Assembly: GCA_039024555.1 (NCBI GenBank)
Contig: JBCCQQ010000015.1
Span: forward strand, 39,627 to 103,626
Reading direction: 5' to 3'
DNA length: 64,000 nucleotides
DNA from: Cyanobacteria bacterium P01_D01_bin.156
Lineage (GTDB): Bacteria > Cyanobacteriota > Cyanobacteriia > Phormidesmidales > Phormidesmidaceae
Each line of letters starts with the position of its first letter. The stretch's first letter is position 1. The notes under the pieces were generated by a model. That model made no database searches, was not told the origin of the DNA, and saw only the letters and a list, made by a program, of their open reading frames with translations. Made by a program: the position numbers and the translations under genes. Shown one piece after another: positions 59,133 to 64,000 of this stretch.

Positions 59133-59273
59133 CATGAAAGTTGTTGTAGTTTTGTTGCGACTGAGGAGATAGGCTACTCTCCAAAGCTTCTTAAGCAGCA
59201 CTGTTGCTCTTTAGTACTAAATCTGTCCTAAAGGACAACAGTCTCCTATTTCTTTGCAGACAATGCCTGTTGA

Positions 59274-59540
59274 TTAAGCAGAAACTGCCAACAGATCATC
59301 TAACTTTTGGCTAGATTCTAGGGCATGGAGGGCATCGCAGCCACCAACATGTTCATCATTGATAAAAATTTGAGGAACGGAGCGCTTACCATCGGACCCA
59401 CGGGCAGCCATGGCATCCCTTGCTTCTTCGTCACCATCAATGACATATTCTGTAAAATCCACGCCTTTTTCGGTTAGGAGCTGCTTTGCCCGAATGCAAA
59501 AGGGACATCGGCTCCAAGTGTAAATTTCAACGTTTGCCAT
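59274..59540 (-). CDS. grxC: Glutaredoxin 3
   Basis: Motifs CPFC, SVPQIFI and GGCD. Confidence 0.95.
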   Translation of the reverse strand: MANVEIYTWSRCPFCIRAKQLLTEKGVDFTEYVIDGDEEARDAMAARGSDGKRSVPQIFINDEHVGGCDALHALESSQKLDDLLAVSA

Positions 59541-59618
59541 TGTCTTTGATACCTATAAATAAAAACTGCTGGTGAAATCCTAGCGTATCTATTCAACCCA
59601 AGGCTGTGACAAATACGC

Positions 59619-60752
59619 CTAAAAGTCCACACCTCGTTTTAGTTCGACTCCTCGTTCGGCATAGTGCTTATGGTTAAATACCTCAGAATGGGCACTGGCG
59701 AGCTGGAAATAGGCTGGGGGATTTTTACAACGCCCAGTAATAATTACTTCAGTATCTTTAGGCTTACGCAGTAGGGCCTGGACAATGGGTTCCTCTGGTA
59801 GCAGTTCCAGATCCACTGTGGGATTTAGCTCATCTAGAATAATGGTTTTGTAGAGTCCTGAGGCAATGGCGGTGCGGGCAATTTCCCAGCCCCGTTCAGC
59901 TTCTACATAGTCAATGGTTTGCTGCTGCCCCCGCCAAACAATGGCATCGCGTCCGCACCGTTGGTGGTCAACCAAATTAGGGTAGCTCTGGCGCAGCGCG
60001 GCAATGGCAGAGTCTTCGGTATAGCCTTTGCCACCCTTAAGCCACTGAATAATCATGACCCGATGGGATTTATCCTGGCTAATGCCAATGCCAATGGCCT
60101 GGAGAGCTTTTCCTAAGGCACTGGTAGACTTACCCTTGCCATCTCCCGTATAGATTTCAATGCCCGTTAACCCTGGAATTTCAGAGGTGGCATAGTGCTG
60201 GGGCTTCATTTCTGAATGGAGATCGGCAACCTCAAGCAGGGCTGGCGGTGCCCCCCGTCCCGTGGCAATAATTTCTAAACAATCTGGCTTACGACGCAGG
60301 CTGCGCACCACATCGTCAATATCTAAAAGGCCTAGGTCCAGCACTGGGTTTAGTTCATCTAAAACCACGACAGAATATAAGCCGGATGCGATCGCACCCT
60401 TAGCCACATCCCATCCTCGCTGCGCCTCTTGCTTATCAAACTTAGTAACCTCACCCACCCCAAAATATTCCGCTCGTCCCGTGCGAACCTGATCAATTAG
60501 ATGGGGAAAGCCCAGCTGCAGGGCTTCAATAGCGGCATCCTCGTCATAGGTGCGTCCCGGTCCCTTTAGAAACCGTAACAATAGCACCCGACTCTCCATA
60601 AAGGTTTGAATCCCCAAGCCAATGGAGCGCAGCACCACCCCTAGAGCCACCTGGGACTTACCCTTGCCCTCACCATCGTAGACATGGATTTGGCCTACCA
60701 TGCGTTCTGACGTTTGCTGTGCGGTGCGAATACCGATGCCGGAACGAACCAT
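59619..60752 (-). CDS. cobO: Cob(I)yrinic acid a,c-diamide adenosyltransferase (tandem-duplicated cyanobacterial form)
   Basis: Two GxGKGKS P-loops, two LDELN motifs, two TGR motifs and C-terminal GVDF. Confidence 0.93.
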   Translation of the reverse strand: MVRSGIGIRTAQQTSERMVGQIHVYDGEGKGKSQVALGVVLRSIGLGIQTFMESRVLLLRFLKGPGRTYDEDAAIEALQLGFPHLIDQVRTGRAEYFGVGEVTKFDKQEAQRGWDVAKGAIASGLYSVVVLDELNPVLDLGLLDIDDVVRSLRRKPDCLEIIATGRGAPPALLEVADLHSEMKPQHYATSEIPGLTGIEIYTGDGKGKSTSALGKALQAIGIGISQDKSHRVMIIQWLKGGKGYTEDSAIAALRQSYPNLVDHQRCGRDAIVWRGQQQTIDYVEAERGWEIARTAIASGLYKTIILDELNPTVDLELLPEEPIVQALLRKPKDTEVIITGRCKNPPAYFQLASAHSEVFNHKHYAERGVELKRGVDF

Positions 60753-60953
60753 GGAATCACAAAAAGTAGATTGAGCGCTTCTGATTGTAGCGCTTTGGAA
60801 CAGGCCCCCTTTGAGTTTTCAGGAATGAATTATGAATTGTCTTGCCACTGGCTTAGGGCTTAAAACTCAAAATTCATTTCTAATTATTCCTAATTAGATG
60901 TTCTTCGTTGCAAATTGGGTATACCCTATGTCTGAGATTCTCCAGACAGGCCC

Positions 60954-61523
60954 ATGGGCGAACTAGAGCCAGTGCTACCGTTAAAAGCGGTGATTTTTCA
61001 AATTGTATTTTTATTAGTCGCCATTGCCCTAGAAGCAATGGTGCTGCGACAGCAGCTGCGGCTTGGCTATAAACCAAGCGTTCAATATGCGGCTGCAGTT
61101 AACCTACTCACCGTCGTTGTGGGGTGGTTTTCCTTTTTAGCCATTGAGCCGCTGCTGGATGAACGGCTGCAGGCCCAGATCATTAGCTATGTGTTGTTTG
61201 ATAACCTGCTCAACAATACCCTCAAACCCCAGATGGGCTGGATCATTCTGGTAGTTGGTCTGGTAGCCTTCTTCATGACCTTGATTCTCAAACTAAAGGG
61301 GTTAGAGCTACTGATGAAAGCCATTGGCACTTGGCGGTTACCGTCCCAACCCCAACAGCTAAACCGTCAGCAGCGCTACGAACGAGCCCGTACCGGCACC
61401 ACCCGTTATCAGCAGGCCGCATCTCGATTTGCCATCGCCGTTCTTCAGGCCAATGCCCTCAGTTTTAGTGCCATTCTATTGCTGCTGGTTCTGCGGTCCT
61501 ATGTTCTCAGGAGCGCCCTATGA
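60954..61523 (+). CDS. fraC: Filament integrity protein FraC
   Basis: LPLKAVIFQIVFLLVAIALE...YAAAVNL...AVLQANALSFSAIL. First gene of the fraCDE arrangement. Confidence 0.85.
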   Translation: MGELEPVLPLKAVIFQIVFLLVAIALEAMVLRQQLRLGYKPSVQYAAAVNLLTVVVGWFSFLAIEPLLDERLQAQIISYVLFDNLLNNTLKPQMGWIILVVGLVAFFMTLILKLKGLELLMKAIGTWRLPSQPQQLNRQQRYERARTGTTRYQQAASRFAIAVLQANALSFSAILLLLVLRSYVLRSAL

Positions 61524-62503
61524 TTGATGTATTTAAGGATGCCATCGACAAGATCAGGGGGCTAATTACCCCCCCTAGCTATCTCTCTTGGCAAACGTTA
61601 CTACTTTTGAGCATCTTTTCTTGGGCCATGGCCGCCCTTGCCGAAGCCCAAGATTCCTTGGTATTCACCGTAAACCTCTTGAGCACAGGGAGCTGGCTCT
61701 TTCTCACCATTGCGATTTGGTGGGCGCTCACCCTGAATCCTGTGGAAGTGGGCTATCTATCAATTAGCCCTTGGATTACGGCAGCCGTCATCTGTGTATT
61801 TTTATTTCGCCCCTGGACTCCAGAACGATTGCAGTTAGCCATGGCCTGCTGGCCAGTCGTAGCGACAATTTTAGTGGCAATTCCTAAATTCTGTGATTGG
61901 AAACTGGATTGGAGTATCCCCAAACCAGCGGTGCGCCAAGAGCTGATTATTTTATTGCTAATCAATCTGTTGCTGAGCAGCTGGATTCTGTTTTACTTTC
62001 GCATCCAACATTGGTTTAATGATTACCCCAGTTTGATGGCAGAGGATTTGAACAAAAGCGCCTTTGTCTTTCGCTTGGGTCCCGATGACGATCGCGGCTC
62101 CCAAGCCAGCTTAGTGTTGAACAGTGCTACAGAAAGTTTGATCAAACAGCTGGATGACGCCCCCTGGCCACGGGTAGAACGGTGGTTATTGAACCTAGAT
62201 AACAGTCTTGAATCCATGACCCGCGATATAACCCTAAATGCCTTACAAGAACAGGTTTTTTGGGGCGTGGATGCCCCTCGACCCAAGTCTTTTTCCAATG
62301 GTTACCAGCTAAACCTGCGGGCCAATTGGTTAGGTCCCAGCGCGAATCAAAATGGATACTACTTAGAAAAAGTATGTACCATCCTGCCACGGGTCTTAAA
62401 ATCTCGCACAGGGGAGCCAAAGGACTCTACGCCAGTGGCCCAGGTAACTTGTACCGATAAGGCAGAAAAAAAAGAGCGCCAGGTAGAACCATCGGCCATA
62501 TAA
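61520..62503 (+). CDS. fraD: Septal junction protein FraD (DUF5357)
   Basis: SWQTLLLLSIFSW, five TM helices, YPSLMAEDL..SAFV, WPRVERWL, WLGPS and a C-terminal Cys pair. Confidence 0.85.
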   Translation: MIDVFKDAIDKIRGLITPPSYLSWQTLLLLSIFSWAMAALAEAQDSLVFTVNLLSTGSWLFLTIAIWWALTLNPVEVGYLSISPWITAAVICVFLFRPWTPERLQLAMACWPVVATILVAIPKFCDWKLDWSIPKPAVRQELIILLLINLLLSSWILFYFRIQHWFNDYPSLMAEDLNKSAFVFRLGPDDDRGSQASLVLNSATESLIKQLDDAPWPRVERWLLNLDNSLESMTRDITLNALQEQVFWGVDAPRPKSFSNGYQLNLRANWLGPSANQNGYYLEKVCTILPRVLKSRTGEPKDSTPVAQVTCTDKAEKKERQVEPSAI

Positions 62504-62623
62504 ACCTTGTCCACGTCCAGAACTGTAGGTTTTCTGCAGGGGAAACTACAGGTTTCAACTTGGACGTGGTTTAGTCATCACTGCCCATTCCCTAAATACT
62601 TTAGTTCGCTCAGCTGATATCCA

Positions 62624-63406
62624 ATGCCAAACCTTTCTCGCATTGTCGTTGTTGCCCGTAATGTTTTCCTAGAGGTGATTCGAGATCGCATCCTCTACCT
62701 GGCAGGGCTGTTCGCCATCATCATGGTTCTAGCAGCAGTGATGATTCCTCAGGTGGCGGCGGGCACTGAGAATAAAATCTTGCTAGACCTAGGGCTAGCG
62801 GCTATCAACATTTTTACCCTGGTGGTGGTAATTTTTGTTGGCACCGGTCTAGTCAATAAGGAAATTGAGAAAAAGACAGTACTGGTACTAATTGCCAAAC
62901 CCGTAGGCCGGTTTGAAATTATCTTGGGGAAACACCTGGGGCTGGCAGCGGTGATTGGTCTGTTAATGCTGGTGCAAACGGGCATATTTATCACCATTTT
63001 GACGGCGCAGGGGCTGGAGTTTCCGGCGGGTAGTATGCTGGTTGCGATCGCATTTATGTACCTCGAAATGCTTCTAATCATTGCCGTCACCATTATGTTT
63101 GGTGTATTTACCAGCTCCCTGCTAGCCACCCTCCTCTCCTTTGGCACCTACCTAGTGGGTCACCTCAGCACCGATCTGATCAAGCTAGGGCAGCTAGCCG
63201 AATCTGAGGGGTTACAACGAACGGTTGAAGCCATGTATCTGGTGCTGCCAGATTTGGAGCGCCTTAACTTAAAAAATGAAGCCGTTTATGGAGCTGCCCT
63301 ATTTCCTGAGCCCAGCGTACTGCTTTGGAATGTCGCGTACGGCATTCTTTATACCGCGCTGTTATTAGTAATTGCCGGTAATATCTTCGCCCGCCGTCAG
63401 TTTTAG
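62624..63406 (+). CDS. fraE: FraE, ABC-2-type permease
   Basis: ARNVFLEVIRDRILY, GTGLVNKEIEKKT and LPDLERLNLKNEAVYG. Follows fraD. Confidence 0.88.
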   Translation: MPNLSRIVVVARNVFLEVIRDRILYLAGLFAIIMVLAAVMIPQVAAGTENKILLDLGLAAINIFTLVVVIFVGTGLVNKEIEKKTVLVLIAKPVGRFEIILGKHLGLAAVIGLLMLVQTGIFITILTAQGLEFPAGSMLVAIAFMYLEMLLIIAVTIMFGVFTSSLLATLLSFGTYLVGHLSTDLIKLGQLAESEGLQRTVEAMYLVLPDLERLNLKNEAVYGAALFPEPSVLLWNVAYGILYTALLLVIAGNIFARRQF

Positions 63407-63476
63407 GGATAAGATTCAAGGGTTTAGATACATTAGGAATTCACCATTAGAATATGCCTAGTTATGCAGGCACTTT

Positions 63477-63760
63477 ATGGTTAGTGCAGTTCCTTTAGTT
63501 AAACAGCCCATACCCAAACCAGTGGGTGAACAGCGCGTAGTATTGCGATCGCTTATCTGGCAAAGTTTTGTGGCAATGCGGCAGTCATTGAGTCCGGAAC
63601 GCAACACCCAGTTGACTTATTCAGAGGGAATTTTAGAGATTACGATACCCTTTGAGATCCATGAGTTTTCGGCCTGGTTGATTGGGCGGTTTATCTACAT
63701 TTTGGTATCGGAATTAGGCATGGAGCTCAAGACCATGAGTTCGACTACATTGGATCGACG
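63477..63760 (+). pseudogene. 3'-truncated Uma2 family gene
   Basis: GEQRVVL..W..LTYSEGILEI..HE..STTLDR, then similarity stops. No EPD motif or catalytic C-terminal half. Confidence 0.75.
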
Positions 63761-63825
63761 CTGCCACAATGATGCGCTCCCTCTAGAACTACACCTTCGA
63801 GGACTAGCTTGTACTAATTTTTAAA

Positions 63826-63912
63826 CGGAGAGGGGGGGATTCGAACCCCCGATGAACCGAAGCCCATAATAGATTTCGAGTCTACCGCATTCAACCACTC
63901 TGCCACCTCTCC
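63826..63912 (-). tRNA. tRNA-Ser(CGA)
   Basis: Reverse complement reads GGAGAGGTGGCAGAGTGGTTGAATGCGGTAGACTCGAAATCTAT...GGTTCGAATCCCCCCCTCTCCG. Anticodon loop CT-CGA-AA, long variable arm, CCA not encoded. Confidence 0.97.
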
Positions 63913-64000
63913 AGGTGCCTATTCAACTAAACGGCCCACGTTTTGGGCTTGTATATTCTACACCGAGGTGCACGCTCTGGACCTAGACCATCCGATTTCG

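Larger units (their letters stand above)
1222..63552. repeat. Dispersed HIP1 octamers (GCGATCGC)
   Basis: About 20 copies by eye, for example at 1222, 10664, 11653, 12125, 15196, 17335, 19088, 24599, 36743, 42312, 48608, 57237 and 63545. Chance expectation is roughly one per 64 kb. Confidence 0.9.

Noticed and set aside
63826..63850. attL/attR duplication of the tRNA 3' end
   Set aside because: I saw no second copy of the tRNA 3' sequence and no integrase in the window.

Overview
This is a chromosomal window from a filamentous cyanobacterium: it has about 20 HIP1 GCGATCGC octamers (counted by eye), the fraC-fraD-fraE septal-junction genes and the fbp-tal-zwf-opcA operon. A Leptolyngbya-like lineage is my inference. 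From left to right it contains a PatA-CheY-CheW-MCP-CheA chemosensory operon (cheA runs off the left edge), a CBS-CP12 gene with a truncated tandem paralogue, a catalytic-domain-less serine-recombinase protein, a 4xCBS protein, a TPS/haemagglutinin-like exoprotein, an M20 amidohydrolase, Uma2 and a short TolC-repeat protein. Next come a giant RTX-type multi-phosphatase/nuclease, a TPR-CHAT protein and a tightly coupled four-gene membrane module bracketed by IS5 and IS3 relics. The right part has tamB, the OPP operon with a REP doublet, a TPS-CHAT giant, a UbiH-like hydroxylase, grxC, cobO, fraCDE, a truncated Uma2 and tRNA-Ser(CGA). The best candidate for an undescribed system is the IS-flanked module at 30968-38790: a pentapeptide-repeat protein, a DUF4159-like protein with a contractile-injection-system (CIS)-type N-terminus, a TM-WD40 protein and a TM Ig-like protein, with no sheath or tube genes in the window. 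Several intergenic regions hide gene relics and deletion junctions that the ORF track misses or mis-frames. All family assignments come from motif recognition by eye; no database searches were run.
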